NCBI GenBank assembly: GCA_963836205.1
Contig: CAWIIV010000017.1
Location: forward strand, 32,001-96,000
Length of the DNA stretch: 64,000 nucleotides
Reading direction: 5' to 3'
From: an uncultured Acidimicrobiia bacterium
GTDB lineage: Bacteria > Actinomycetota > Acidimicrobiia > Acidimicrobiales > AC-14
This document shows, one piece after another, positions 1-9,896 of this stretch. Positions within the stretch are counted from its first letter, which is position 1; the number at the start of each line of letters is the position of its first letter. The position numbers were made by a program, and so were the translations under genes. The notes under the pieces are model-generated. The model searched no databases, was not told where the DNA came from, and worked only from the letters and a program-made list of their open reading frames with translations.

Positions 1-838
1 CGTCGCTGAAGGCGTGCGGCCCCTGGACAGGACAGAGCCAGTCCGACGGCTCCGGTTCCACGGGGTCGTCGGCCGGAGGGGCCGTCGTGGGGGTGGTCGG
101 GGTCGTCCGCCTGGTCGGGGTGGTCGGTGTGGTCGTCGGGCTGGGCGTGGCCGGCGCGGGGGTGGCGGTGAGGGGGCCGGCGGTGGACTGACCGCTGGAG
201 GATGCCTGCTGCGACCCGCCGCTGGTGGCGGCCGCGGAGGCCGCCCGCCCCTCCGCCTCCTGCCTCTCCGCCGCCTCGGCCGCTTCGGCCGCGGCCCTGG
301 CCACCTCCTCGGTCAGCCGGTCGAGCTCCTCGATGGCGTCGGCCTGGCGGGCGCGGTGGTCCTCGAGGGTCTCGGCGTGGGACTCCTGTTGCCGTTCGAG
401 ATCGGCCTGTTCCCGGCGCAGGTCCTCCCGGTCGGCTCGGAACTGCTGGAGGGCGTCGGTGGAGGCGGCCGCGACCACGTGGCTGTACTGCTGCGCCCGC
501 ACGACGTCGTTGGCGTCGGCCATGCGCAGGATGCGGAGGACCGGAGCCGCCCCGCCCACGTACAGCCGGATGGCGAGCTCGCGGACCCGCTCCCGGGTGG
601 CGCCCACGCGGGCGTCGACGGCGTCCACCCGGGCCTGGACGTGGGCGACCGCGTCCTCCGCCCGGGCGATCGCCGACTCCGCCTCGGCCAGCTCGGCGGC
701 AGCCCGGTTGGCCCGGGCCTGGGCCTCCTCCAGGTCGTCCTCCGGCGCAGCCGACGCCACCATCGGCAGCCACATGAGGGCGACCACGACGACGAGAAGC
801 CGCGTCGAGCAGGCGCGAAACCGTCGGCGACCCCCCAT
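1..838 (-). CDS. Secreted coiled-coil protein, probable M23 family murein hydrolase (3' end runs off the window)
   Basis: Not in the ORF track; translated by hand from ATG 838. Signal-like MGGRRRFRACSTRLLVVVVALMWLPMVASA, coiled coil (EDDLEEAQARANRAAAELAEAES), Pro/Thr linker, then WLCPVQGPHAFSD, typical of the start of an M23 domain. Confidence 0.75.
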   Translation of the reverse strand, partial: MGGRRRFRACSTRLLVVVVALMWLPMVASAAPEDDLEEAQARANRAAAELAEAESAIARAEDAVAHVQARVDAVDARVGATRERVRELAIRLYVGGAAPVLRILRMADANDVVRAQQYSHVVAAASTDALQQFRADREDLRREQADLERQQESHAETLEDHRARQADAIEELDRLTEEVARAAAEAAEAAERQEAEGRAASAAATSGGSQQASSSGQSTAGPLTATPAPATPSPTTTPTTPTRRTTPTTPTTAPPADDPVEPEPSDWLCPVQGPHAFSD

Positions 839-960
839 GACCCGCCCGACTGTAGGCCAGTTATCCACAGGAGACCCGTCAGGCAGGAGGCCCGACCGCC
901 GAGTGCTGCACGGATGCCGCCGTCGTGGATGGCCACGCGGCGATCACCCGCCGGACCTGC

Positions 961-1291
961 CGAGCAGTGGCACATAGGGCCCCCGAAGGGCCCACTCGTG
1001 CCACCTGCTCGCCGAAACCGGGGGCTGCGGCCCCGAGCGAGTGGCACTACCGGGCCCTCGGAGGGACCTCTGTGCCTCTTGCACGCTCGGCCCCGGCAGC
1101 CCTGCCGAGCAGAGGCGCGGCAGATCTCGGGCTGGACTCCTCACCCGCTCGCCGGGGCCGGCGGCTGCCGAGCGATTGGCACGGAAACCCCGTGGAGGGG
1201 GCACTCGTGGCGATCGCTCGCAGGGCTCGGGCGGCGTTTCGAGCGATTGGCACGGAACCCCCGTGGAGGGGGCACTCGTGGCGATCGCTCG
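961..1291. repeat. Cluster of REP-like palindromic units (about 50 bp, about 70 bp period)
   Basis: Five units beginning CGAGC and ending GCTCG. Units 1169-1220 and 1240-1291 are near-identical (GAGCGATTGGCACGGAA.CCCCGTGGAGGGGGCACTCGTGGCGATCGCTC). Confidence 0.8.
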
Positions 1292-1491
1292 CAGGGCGAA
1301 GGCAGGCAGCCCCAAGGGCTTCGGAGTGCTCGGGGCGAGGGGTGGTCGGGCGAGGCCACGCCCGCCGCGCGCGTCGAACGGCCAACCGACCACCCAACCA
1401 CTCGGCTCAAGAACAGCTCCGGCAAAGATCGGCGACTCGACTGCGATAACCCATTCGGTCGCCCGACGGGAGCGGCCGGTACCCTCCTTTG

Positions 1492-2002
1492 GTGACCATC
1501 GCCCGCCTGCCCCACGTGGCGGTCGTCGGCGGCAGCGAGGCCGGCCCGGTCGACCTGAAAGGTGGCCGAGGACCTCGGCCGGGAGTTGGCCACCCGGGGT
1601 GCGGTGGTGGTGTGCGGCGGCCTCGGCGGGGTGATGGAGGCGGCCTGCCGGGGCGCCCGCGAGGCCGGTGGCCACACCATCGGCATCCTCCCCGGCCACG
1701 ACCGCGGCCAGGCCAACCCCCACGTCGAGATAGCGGTGGCCACCGGCCTGGGCGAGGGCCGGAACCTGGTCGTCGTCCGCACCGCCGACGTGGTGGTGGC
1801 GGTCGGCGGCGAGTTCGGCACCCTCTCCGAGATCGCCTTCGCCCTCCGCCTCGGCACCCCGGTGGTGGGCATCGACACCTGGGAACTGGCCAAGGACGGT
1901 CGTCCCGTCGACGCCGTGGTCCGGGTCGACACCGCCGCGGCCGCCGCTGAGGTGGCCGTGGCGCGGGCTCAGGCGATCTTGCGCAGCACCACCAGGGAGT
2001 AG
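1492..2002 (+). CDS. TIGR00725/LOG-like Rossmann-fold protein; apparent frameshift near 1559
   Basis: HVAVVGGSEA in one frame, then VVVCGGLGGVMEAA, TGLGEGRN and GGEFGTLSEIAFA in the next. An extra A in CTGAAAGGTG joins them. Confidence 0.85.
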
Positions 2003-4116
2003 GCGAGCAGGCCCACCTCGTCCCCGGCGGGGAAGACCACCCCGTCGCGATGGTCGGCGGTGTCGAGCACCAGCTCGAACGACGACGCCCAGCCCTTGCC
2101 CGGCAGGCGGAACTCCACCGGGTTGGGACCGTTGAGCAGCACCAGGAAGCTGTCGTCGACGATCTGCTGGCCCCGCGGTCCCGGCTCCGAGATCTCGTCG
2201 CCGTTGAGGAACATGCCCAGCGCCCGCACCGTGCTCTCGGCCCACTGCCGTTCGGTCATCTCCCGGCCGTCGGGACCGAACCAGCCGATGTCGGCCAGGC
2301 CCGCTTCGCCGAGCGGCCGGCCGTGGATGGGACGGCCTTGGAAGAACCGCCGCCGCCGGAACACGGGATGGTCGTGCCGCAGCCGGAGGAGACGCCGGGT
2401 GTAGTCGCGGAGGTCGGATGCGGCCGGGCCCAGGTCCCAGTCGACCCACGACAGGGGGTTGTCCTGGCAGTAGCCGTTGTTGTTGCCCCGTTGCGTGCGG
2501 CCCATCTCGTCTCCCGCCACCAGCATCGGCACCCCCTGCGAAAGCAGGAGCGTGGCCAGGAAGTTCCGCTGCTGGCGGGCCCGCAGGGCGAGCACCTCGG
2601 TGTCGTCGGTATCGCCCTCCACCCCGCAGTTCCACGATCGGTTGTCGTCGGACCCGTCCCGGTTGTGCTCGCCGTTGCCCTCGTTGTGCTTCCGGTCGTA
2701 CGACACCAGGTCCCGCAACGTGAACCCGTCGTGGGCGGTGACGAAGTTGATCGACGCCGACGGCTTGCGGGCGCTGCCCTGGTAGAGGTCGCTCGACCCG
2801 GTGAGGCGGTAGCCCATCTCGGCCAGGCTGGCGCCCTTCCCCCGCCAGAAGTCCCTCACCGCGTCCCGGTACTTCCCGTTCCATTCCGTCCACAGGACAG
2901 GGAAGTTTCCGACCTGGTAGCCGCCCTCCCCCAGGTCCCACGGCTCGGCGATGAGCTTGACCGCGGACACGACCGGGTCCTGGTGGATGAGGTCGAAGAA
3001 CGAGCTCAGGCGGTCGGCCGCGTGCATGCCCCGGGCCAGAGCGGAGGCGAGGTCGAAGCGGAAGCCGTCGACGTGCATGTCGGTGACCCAGTAGCGCAGG
3101 CTGTCGAGGATGAGGTGGAGGACCTCGGGGTGGCCGGCGTTGAGGGTGTTGCCGCAGCCGGTGAAGTCGACGTAGCGGCGCTGGTCGCCCGCCGCCAGCC
3201 GGTAGTAGGAGGGGTTGTCGATCCCCCGCAGGCTGAGGGTGGGGCCGAACTGGTCGCCCTCGGCCGTGTGGTTGTAGACGACGTCGAGGATGACCTCGAT
3301 GCCCGCCGCGTGCAGGGCCCGCACCATCGACTTGAACTCCCGCACCTGCTCGCCCCGGGTGCCGGACGACGAGTACTCGGTGTGGGGGGCGAAGTAGCCG
3401 AGGGTGTTGTAGCCCCAGTAATTGGTCAGGCCCCGACGGAGCAGGTGGGGCTCCGACACGAAGTGGTGGACGGGCATCAACTCCACCGCGGTGACCCCGA
3501 GCCCGACCAGGTAGTCGATCACCGGCGGGCTGGCCAGGCCGGCGTAGGTGCCCCGCAGGCGGGGAGGGACGTCGGGGTGGAGGGCGGTGAACCCCTTGAC
3601 GTGCAGCTCGTAGATCACGGTGTCGTGCCACGGGGTGCGGGGATGGGTGTCGTCGCCCCACGGGAAGAGGGGGTCGGCCACCACCGATCGGGGGACGTGG
3701 GCGGCCGAGTCGCGCCGGTCGCGCTGGTCGTCGGAGCCGCCCGTGCTGTGGCCGAAGACGGCCTCGTGCCAGTCGAGGCGGCCGTCGATGGCCAGGGCGT
3801 AGGGGTCGACGAGGAGCTTGGACGGGTTGAAGCGCAGGCCCCGCGCCGGGTCCCATGGGCCCTCGACCCGGTAGCCGTAACGCTGGCCCGGCATCACCCC
3901 GGGGAGGTAGCCGTGCCACACATGGCCGTCGACCTCGGTCAGGGGAAGGCGCAGCTCGACGCTCGCCGGGAGCCGCCCGAGAGACCCGCTCAGAGCGTCT
4001 TCGTCGAAGAGACAGAGCTCCACCGAGGAGGCGCGCTCGCTGAAGAGGGCGAAGTTGGTACCCTGGCCATCCCAGGTGGCTCCCGGAGGTGACGGGTTGC
4101 CAGGCCAGAGCTCCAT
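1969..4116 (-). CDS. glgX: Glycogen debranching enzyme
   Basis: GH13 motifs NYWGY, DVVYNHT, DGFRFDLA, IAEPWD, TAHDGFTL. Confidence 0.97.
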   Translation of the reverse strand: MELWPGNPSPPGATWDGQGTNFALFSERASSVELCLFDEDALSGSLGRLPASVELRLPLTEVDGHVWHGYLPGVMPGQRYGYRVEGPWDPARGLRFNPSKLLVDPYALAIDGRLDWHEAVFGHSTGGSDDQRDRRDSAAHVPRSVVADPLFPWGDDTHPRTPWHDTVIYELHVKGFTALHPDVPPRLRGTYAGLASPPVIDYLVGLGVTAVELMPVHHFVSEPHLLRRGLTNYWGYNTLGYFAPHTEYSSSGTRGEQVREFKSMVRALHAAGIEVILDVVYNHTAEGDQFGPTLSLRGIDNPSYYRLAAGDQRRYVDFTGCGNTLNAGHPEVLHLILDSLRYWVTDMHVDGFRFDLASALARGMHAADRLSSFFDLIHQDPVVSAVKLIAEPWDLGEGGYQVGNFPVLWTEWNGKYRDAVRDFWRGKGASLAEMGYRLTGSSDLYQGSARKPSASINFVTAHDGFTLRDLVSYDRKHNEGNGEHNRDGSDDNRSWNCGVEGDTDDTEVLALRARQQRNFLATLLLSQGVPMLVAGDEMGRTQRGNNNGYCQDNPLSWVDWDLGPAASDLRDYTRRLLRLRHDHPVFRRRRFFQGRPIHGRPLGEAGLADIGWFGPDGREMTERQWAESTVRALGMFLNGDEISEPGPRGQQIVDDSFLVLLNGPNPVEFRLPGKGWASSFELVLDTADHRDGVVFPAGDEVGLLAYSLVVLRKIA

Positions 4117-4168
4117 GACGGGTAGCTAAGCCCACGGGGGCACGCAACCGCACGGGGAGGGGAACTTT

Positions 4169-4657
4169 TTGGCGAGCAACCCGGCGCAAGGACCCGGCGG
4201 GCTCCAGGGACTGGCAACGCGGTGGAACCATCTGGCTCGGCCGTGGCGGGTGAACGTGGCCCTCTACGGCCTCACCGCCTTGTCGCTCATCGCCCTGTTG
4301 TTCGAGCTGGTCTCGGGGGGCGACCCCGCGCCGTCGGTCAACCTGGCCAGCCAGAATCCCACCACCACCATCGCCACCTCGTCGGTGCCGACGACGAGGC
4401 CGAGCACCACCACCTCCACGTCGGCCAGCTCCACCACCAGCACCACCCAGGCGGTGACCGTCACGACCAGGCGCCCGGTGATCACCGAGCCCGAGCCCGA
4501 ACCGGAGCCCGAGCCCGAGCCGGAGGAGACGACCACGACCAGCGAGGTGATCGAGGAGACGACCACGTCGTCGATCCCCGAGGAGACCACCACCATCCCC
4601 CCGGAGACGACGACCTCGGTGGTAGCCCAGGAACCCACCACGACCGCGCCCGCGTAG
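4169..4657 (+). CDS. Membrane-anchored Thr/Pro/Glu-rich hypothetical protein
   Basis: One TM segment, then a low-complexity T-rich and (EP)n tail. Confidence 0.7.
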   Translation: MASNPAQGPGGLQGLATRWNHLARPWRVNVALYGLTALSLIALLFELVSGGDPAPSVNLASQNPTTTIATSSVPTTRPSTTTSTSASSTTSTTQAVTVTTRRPVITEPEPEPEPEPEPEETTTTSEVIEETTTSSIPEETTTIPPETTTSVVAQEPTTTAPA

Positions 4658-4678
4658 TTTGAAGCCGAGGATCGCACC

Positions 4679-5317
4679 ATGGGCATGAACCCGGAAGACT
4701 TCTGGCACCCGCAGCCGGACTACGGCTACGACGACGAGTACGCGCCCGCGTGGTGGCATTTCCGCGCCCGGTGGTCGTTGATGCCCAACGCCTACCGCCT
4801 CAACTCGGTGCTCTACGTGCTGGGCGCCGTGTCCCTGGTGGTGCTCCTCCTCGAGCTCACCATCGGTGGCGGTGACGGGGGCGACACCGACCTCGACTCC
4901 GCCAGCAGGGTGGCAGCCGTGCCTACCAGCACCACCACCACCACCATCCGCGCCGCCCGCACCACCACCAGCCGGGTGGTGCCGAGCAGCACCACGTCGA
5001 CGGTGGCCCGGTCGACACCCACCACCCGCCGGACGGCGACGGGGGGCGGTGGCACCGGGGGCGGGACGACCCCGGCCCCGGCGCCGCCCGCAGCGTCCGA
5101 CGACGAGCCCGGAGACACCACCCCGCCGGACGGCGTCAGCGACACCAGCCCGCCCGACACCACCGAGCCCACGTCGCCGCCGAACACCTCACCGGCATCG
5201 ACGTCACCGACCACGCCGCCGACGACCTCCGATGACGGACCCCCGCCCACCCTGCCACCCATCACCCGGCCCGACATCACCTTTCCCACCTTCACCATCC
5301 CGACCCCCAGGAGGTAA
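4679..5317 (+). CDS. Membrane-anchored Thr/Pro-rich hypothetical protein, paralog of the upstream gene
   Basis: N-terminal TM segment similar to 4169..4657; T/P-rich tail. Confidence 0.7.
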   Translation: MGMNPEDFWHPQPDYGYDDEYAPAWWHFRARWSLMPNAYRLNSVLYVLGAVSLVVLLLELTIGGGDGGDTDLDSASRVAAVPTSTTTTTIRAARTTTSRVVPSSTTSTVARSTPTTRRTATGGGGTGGGTTPAPAPPAASDDEPGDTTPPDGVSDTSPPDTTEPTSPPNTSPASTSPTTPPTTSDDGPPPTLPPITRPDITFPTFTIPTPRR

Positions 5318-5323
5318 CGCCCA

Positions 5324-5518
5324 ATGGACCTCGGCGACCTGGCCAAGAAGGCCAAGGACCTGGCCGAAGAGCACGGCGACAAGCTCGACGGCGTGGTCGA
5401 CAAGGTGGCCGACGTGGCCAAGGACCGCATCGACGGCCACGACGACCAGATCGACTCCGCCGCGTCCAAGGTCAAGGGCCTCCTTGGCCAGAGCGACCCC
5501 AAGGACCCCGAGGAGTAG
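5324..5518 (+). CDS. Small MT0933/Rv0909-like (antitoxin-annotated) protein
   Basis: 64 aa, KAKDLAEEHGDKLDGVVDKVAD...HDDQID pattern; RBS AGGAGG. Confidence 0.75.
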   Translation: MDLGDLAKKAKDLAEEHGDKLDGVVDKVADVAKDRIDGHDDQIDSAASKVKGLLGQSDPKDPEE

Positions 5519-5547
5519 ACCCCGCCGCCGTCGCGGGCAGAACCTGG

Positions 5548-6408
5548 TCAGGGCGCCGGTTCGTCCGCGGCCGCGAGGGGACGGGTGCCGCCGCGGCGGC
5601 GGGCGTCGACCACCGCCAGGGCCGCCACCGCCAGAGCCGGCACCCCTACGACCCCGGCCAGCCCGAGGGGGAGGGCGAACCGGCCGTGGGCCGCGCTTCC
5701 CACTCCGGCGTAGACCACCGCCAGGCCGACGTTGGCCAGCCCGCACACCGCCGCCGTCCGGCCGACCGGAGCCCGAGCCGCGCCGGCCAGCACCACCGCC
5801 GCCTCGCTCAGGATCGGCACCGGGCGGGTGAGGAACAGCGTGATCACGCCCGGACGGCTGCCCGCCCGGGCCCACGCCCGCCGATCCCGGCCGACCACCC
5901 GTTCGACGACGGGCGCGCCGGCCAGCCGACCGATCAGGTACCCGAGCACGTTGCCGAGGCACAGCCCGGCGCCGATGGCGGCGCTGGCGGTCACGAAGCC
6001 CAGCCGCTGGCCGGCGACGGTGGCCAGGACGCTGGACGGCACCGGCAGCACCGTGTCCAGCCCGAGGAGGGCGACGACCAGCCCGGCGACCCCCGCGGCA
6101 CCGGTCGTCGACTCCAGCACCCGTTCGGCCCACGTGTCGACGCGGGTGCCGAGGAGCAGGATCGGAAGGGAGCAGAAGACGACCGCGCCGGCGCCGATCA
6201 GAACCCATCGCAGGCGAACGCGGTCGGGCGGGCGGCGCCCGATCGGAGCCGACGATCGCACGTCGCCGCCGGTGGCGGTCAACTGTCCCGGTCCCGTCGG
6301 CGGGTTCAACGTCCGTGCACCGGTCCTCCTCGGACATGCACCGAACTCCAGTGGAAATGTAGCCCCGGGCCCTTCGCGCCGGCCTCGGACGCTCGACGAC
6401 GAGTGCAT
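5548..6408 (-). CDS. DedA/VTT family membrane protein (true start probably downstream of 6408)
   Basis: DTVLPVPSS, GYLIGR and LTRPVPILSE motifs with multiple TM segments. Confidence 0.8.
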   Translation of the reverse strand: MHSSSSVRGRREGPGATFPLEFGACPRRTGARTLNPPTGPGQLTATGGDVRSSAPIGRRPPDRVRLRWVLIGAGAVVFCSLPILLLGTRVDTWAERVLESTTGAAGVAGLVVALLGLDTVLPVPSSVLATVAGQRLGFVTASAAIGAGLCLGNVLGYLIGRLAGAPVVERVVGRDRRAWARAGSRPGVITLFLTRPVPILSEAAVVLAGAARAPVGRTAAVCGLANVGLAVVYAGVGSAAHGRFALPLGLAGVVGVPALAVAALAVVDARRRGGTRPLAAADEPAP

Positions 6409-6606
6409 GAAAGCGGGGGGCTAGCACCCGCGCCGCGGTGACGTGCCTCCACCCTTTTCTCGTCGCCGGTCCCTTGCGACGATGTCGCGGTCCTGCGGCG
6501 GAGGGTACGGAGATCGTTCTCAACGAGGAGGAGTCCCCGATCCCGAAACACCATCCCTGTCCTGCTTCCCGCCCGGGCCGCGGTCCGGGCGCCGGGCGGT
6601 GAGGAG

Positions 6607-8199
6607 ATGAAACCCACCGCACGTATCCCCAGCGTCGCCGTCCTCGTCCTGAGTTGCCTGGCGTTCGCCACCAGCCTCATCGTGGCGACGGCACCGGCGG
6701 CCTCGGCGCTGAGCACGGTGACCCTGCGGGTCGTGATCGAACGGGTCGACGAGCAGGGCTGCACCGACAACCTCAGCGGCTCCGACTTCTACGGCCAGAT
6801 CGACATCGAGGGCCAGGCCTTCGACTTCGGCCGGATCGACGGCGAGGACACGATCACGCCCAACTGGACGGCGGAGAAGGTGCTCGACGCCAACACGGTG
6901 TCGTCCGCCACGGTCGTCATCCGGGTCGCCGACTACGACACCTTCCTGAAGTTCGGCGACGACGTCTGCGACATCAGCCGCAACGACGGCACCGATCTCG
7001 ACCTGGAGATCCCCCTGTTCCCGTGCTCGGTCACCGGGGACGCCACCGGCAGCTGCGCCACCTCCATCGACACCGGCGGCAGCGGTGGCGGCCAGGGCGA
7101 CGTCGACTTGCGGTTCCGGGTCGAGGTCGACCTGCCGGCGTCCACCCCGGGGCTCACCGTGCGGTGCACCCACGCCCCGCTGTGGCCCCAACCAGGCGAC
7201 AACGTCACCATCACCGTCGAGTCGTTCGACGGCTCGGTGCAGGTCGGAGACACCCAGGCGGACACCTCGAGTGGGGCCGCGCCGCCCCTCGTCGACCACA
7301 CCAAGATCGCCGATCACGTCGAGATCTGGGTGGGCGACCGGACGGGTCCCGACGTCGACCTCACCAACAAGACCACGGCCACCTTCGTGGTCAACAACGT
7401 CGCCGCCGGTGACCTCCTCTACAGCTGCCGGGTGCAGGACGACGGCGACACCGTCTTCACCGGCTGGCGGCGAACCCGGGTGGGTGCTCCCGCCGAGGGC
7501 AACGCGGTGCCGGTCATGTTCCTCGGAGAGCGGGCCAACCGGGCCGACATCGTCTTCATCCCCGACATGGACAGCTACACCGGGGCGACCGACCCCACCT
7601 TCCTCAGCGATGCCGCCGATGTGATCAAGGGTGCCTACTACGGCCAGGACTACTTCCTCACCAACCAGCAGAACATCAACTTCTGGCTGGCCGACCAGAC
7701 CGGTGACGCCGACCGGGTGGCGGCGCCCACGCCGGCCGATCCGAGCAACACCAACTGCGTGCTCACCCTCCCCGGCAACTGGGGCGACTACAGCTGGCGG
7801 GACAGCGGTGCCATCCTGCACCGCGACACGTTCCGGGACTGCGCCAACAGCGGTGTCTTCTCGACGGAGCCGACATCGCTCGGCACCGTGTTGCACGAGT
7901 CGGGTCACTCCCCGTTCGGGCTGGCCGACGAGTACTGCTGCGACGGCGGCTACTTCGAGAACGGTCCGAACCCGAACATGTTCGACTCGATGGCCGAGTG
8001 CCAGGCCGACGCGCCGGGGCTCGGGCGGATGGCTTCCGCCTGCCGCACCGTCACCGACCCCGGGCCACCGTCGGTCAGCTGGTTCCTCTCCGAACCCACC
8101 CCGAACGACCTCATGAACAGCGACCGCCGACCACCACAGGCGGCCGACATTCGACGAATGAACTGGTTCATGGACAACTGCCGGGCCGGAAAGTGCTGA
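6607..8199 (+). CDS. Secreted zinc metallopeptidase (M64-like) with an N-terminal C2-like domain
   Basis: Signal peptide; TVLHESGHSPFGLADEY zinc motif; RBS GAGGAG; many Cys residues. Confidence 0.75.
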   Translation: MKPTARIPSVAVLVLSCLAFATSLIVATAPAASALSTVTLRVVIERVDEQGCTDNLSGSDFYGQIDIEGQAFDFGRIDGEDTITPNWTAEKVLDANTVSSATVVIRVADYDTFLKFGDDVCDISRNDGTDLDLEIPLFPCSVTGDATGSCATSIDTGGSGGGQGDVDLRFRVEVDLPASTPGLTVRCTHAPLWPQPGDNVTITVESFDGSVQVGDTQADTSSGAAPPLVDHTKIADHVEIWVGDRTGPDVDLTNKTTATFVVNNVAAGDLLYSCRVQDDGDTVFTGWRRTRVGAPAEGNAVPVMFLGERANRADIVFIPDMDSYTGATDPTFLSDAADVIKGAYYGQDYFLTNQQNINFWLADQTGDADRVAAPTPADPSNTNCVLTLPGNWGDYSWRDSGAILHRDTFRDCANSGVFSTEPTSLGTVLHESGHSPFGLADEYCCDGGYFENGPNPNMFDSMAECQADAPGLGRMASACRTVTDPGPPSVSWFLSEPTPNDLMNSDRRPPQAADIRRMNWFMDNCRAGKC

Positions 8200-8212
8200 G
8201 GGAGATCACACG

Positions 8213-9505
8213 ATGAAACTTCGACACACCTTCGCCGTGGTCGGCGCCCTCGCCGCCACCCTCGCAGTCGCCTCGTTGCCGACCTCGGCCACGATCGTCG
8301 ACGACACCAACCCGGCCACCGCGCCGCAGCCCGAGTACGACTACGCCGACACCTCCAAGTCATTCCTCGTCGACCTCCAGTTCGGAGACAGCTCGGCGAC
8401 GCTGGTGCAGGCCGCAGTCGGCAACGAGCGCTCCTACTCCCATCTGGGTGACCCCCCGTTGCTCCGGGTGTCGCTCACCGACGAGGACGGTGCCGCCGCC
8501 GGTTCGTTCAACGCCTGGGACCCGCGCTGGGTCCTCGACGAGGTCCCCGGCGGTGGCGAGCGGTTGGTCGTCCGCCCCGGAGCGGGCCAGATCACGACCG
8601 CCTTCGACGGTGACGTGGCGACGATGCTCGTCCACGACCAGGTGGCCGGCACCGACCTGGCCACCGTCGACCTGCGCCCGACCGTTCGGGAGTTCTGCAC
8701 CGACCATCCTGACGACCCCGAGTGCGTCGAGGCCGACCTCGTGGTCACCTCGACCACGGCGACGGGTGACCCGCTCGGCGTCGTGGGCCAAGCCGTGCCC
8801 GTGACGGTTGCGGCGACAGTTGCCAACCTCGGACCCGATGGGCCCGTCGACGGCGACGTGACGCAGACGGCGGTCGCCTCCGCCGGCGCCACCGTCACCC
8901 CCGGGAGTCAGGCCATCGACGCCGACGGGCTGGCGGTGGGCAGCCCGGTGACCCTGAGCAGGCAGTACTCGGTCACCTGCGACACGCCGGGGGCCAAGAC
9001 GGTGGAGGTGACGACGTCGATCGTGCCGGAGAAGGCCAAGGTCGTCGATCTCGTCGCCGCCAACAACAGCCGGTCGGCGAGCTTCTCCGTCGACTGTGCG
9101 GTGCCGGTGACGTTGAACGTGAAGCCGGGCAGCCTGCGCAACCCGGTGAACATGAACAACGGCGCCATCCCGATGGCCGTCCTCACCACGCAGGCGGGCG
9201 AGTACGGCAACCCACTGGCCTTCGACGCCTCCGCCATCCAGGCGTCGACGGTGCGGGTCGGTTCCCGGACCGATCTCGTGGCCACGAACACCGGAGCCCC
9301 CGAGACGCACGGCAAGGTCCACCTCGAGAAGTCCCTCGAGCTCGACGAGACGACGAAGGATGGCGATCTGGACGCGGTGCTCCACGCCCGGTCGTCGGAG
9401 ATCCCGGTGGTGTCGACCACCACCGAGCTCTGCGTGCGGGGCCGCTTCGGCCCCGGCTCGGGCACCACGTTCTTCGGCTGCGACCACGTGGAGGTCGTCC
9501 CCTAA
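8213..9505 (+). CDS. Secreted beta-rich protein (CARDB/DUF11-like Ig domain plus C-terminal domain)
   Basis: Signal peptide; ADLVVT...VANLGP...DLVAANNS Ig pattern; begins 13 bp after the peptidase gene. Confidence 0.7.
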   Translation: MKLRHTFAVVGALAATLAVASLPTSATIVDDTNPATAPQPEYDYADTSKSFLVDLQFGDSSATLVQAAVGNERSYSHLGDPPLLRVSLTDEDGAAAGSFNAWDPRWVLDEVPGGGERLVVRPGAGQITTAFDGDVATMLVHDQVAGTDLATVDLRPTVREFCTDHPDDPECVEADLVVTSTTATGDPLGVVGQAVPVTVAATVANLGPDGPVDGDVTQTAVASAGATVTPGSQAIDADGLAVGSPVTLSRQYSVTCDTPGAKTVEVTTSIVPEKAKVVDLVAANNSRSASFSVDCAVPVTLNVKPGSLRNPVNMNNGAIPMAVLTTQAGEYGNPLAFDASAIQASTVRVGSRTDLVATNTGAPETHGKVHLEKSLELDETTKDGDLDAVLHARSSEIPVVSTTTELCVRGRFGPGSGTTFFGCDHVEVVP

Positions 9506-9529
9506 CGCCGACCGACCTGCTCTGACAAA

Positions 9530-9576
9530 GGCTCACGCGCTCTCGGAGCTGTTCGCCGAGAGCGCGTGAGTCTTTT
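9530..9576 (+). terminator. Intrinsic terminator hairpin
   Basis: CTCACGCGCTCTCGG...CCGAGAGCGCGTGAG stem followed by TCTTTT, between convergent genes. Confidence 0.8.
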
Positions 9577-9675
9577 CACGGTGGTTGGGCCTCTGCCCCG
9601 GAGGACTCATGGAAGGCTCAACGCACATCGGGCGCGACCCGAGGTGGCGCCGCCGGCCTGATGGCAGGACCGTGC

Positions 9676-9888
9676 TCAGCGGGCACTCGCGTGATGGAGC
9701 CACCGCATCGTCCAGTCGTGACGGAACGCGGCGTGCAGCTCCGCCTGCGAGAACGCACACCCAAGCTGGCTGGCGAGCTCGATCAGCTGGCTGAGTGACG
9801 GCGCCGGCCCCCACGACTCGATCTGCTCCTGGACGTCTGGGCGCCGGCGCACCAGATGAAAGAAGTCGAGGGCGTCTTGGATCGGCAT
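9676..9888 (-). CDS. Nif11-leader-like small protein (70 aa)
   Basis: MPIQDALDFFHLVRRRPDVQEQI...LIELASQLGCAFSQAEL matches the Nif11 leader pattern. It is the tail of ORF 9676..10914 and starts 8 bp after the cyclase stop. Confidence 0.75.
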   Translation of the reverse strand: MPIQDALDFFHLVRRRPDVQEQIESWGPAPSLSQLIELASQLGCAFSQAELHAAFRHDWTMRWLHHASAR

Positions 9889-9896
9889 CCCTCGCG

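Noticed and set aside
961-1291. Possible CRISPR array
   Set aside because: Units are long (about 50 bp) and degenerate, spacers are short, and there are no cas genes. It fits REP-like hairpins better.
14-4759. Long ORFs 14..1495 (+), 944..4759 (-) and similar Arg/Pro/Gly-rich ORFs across the window
   Set aside because: Shadow frames of real genes in high-GC DNA, with no recognisable motifs.
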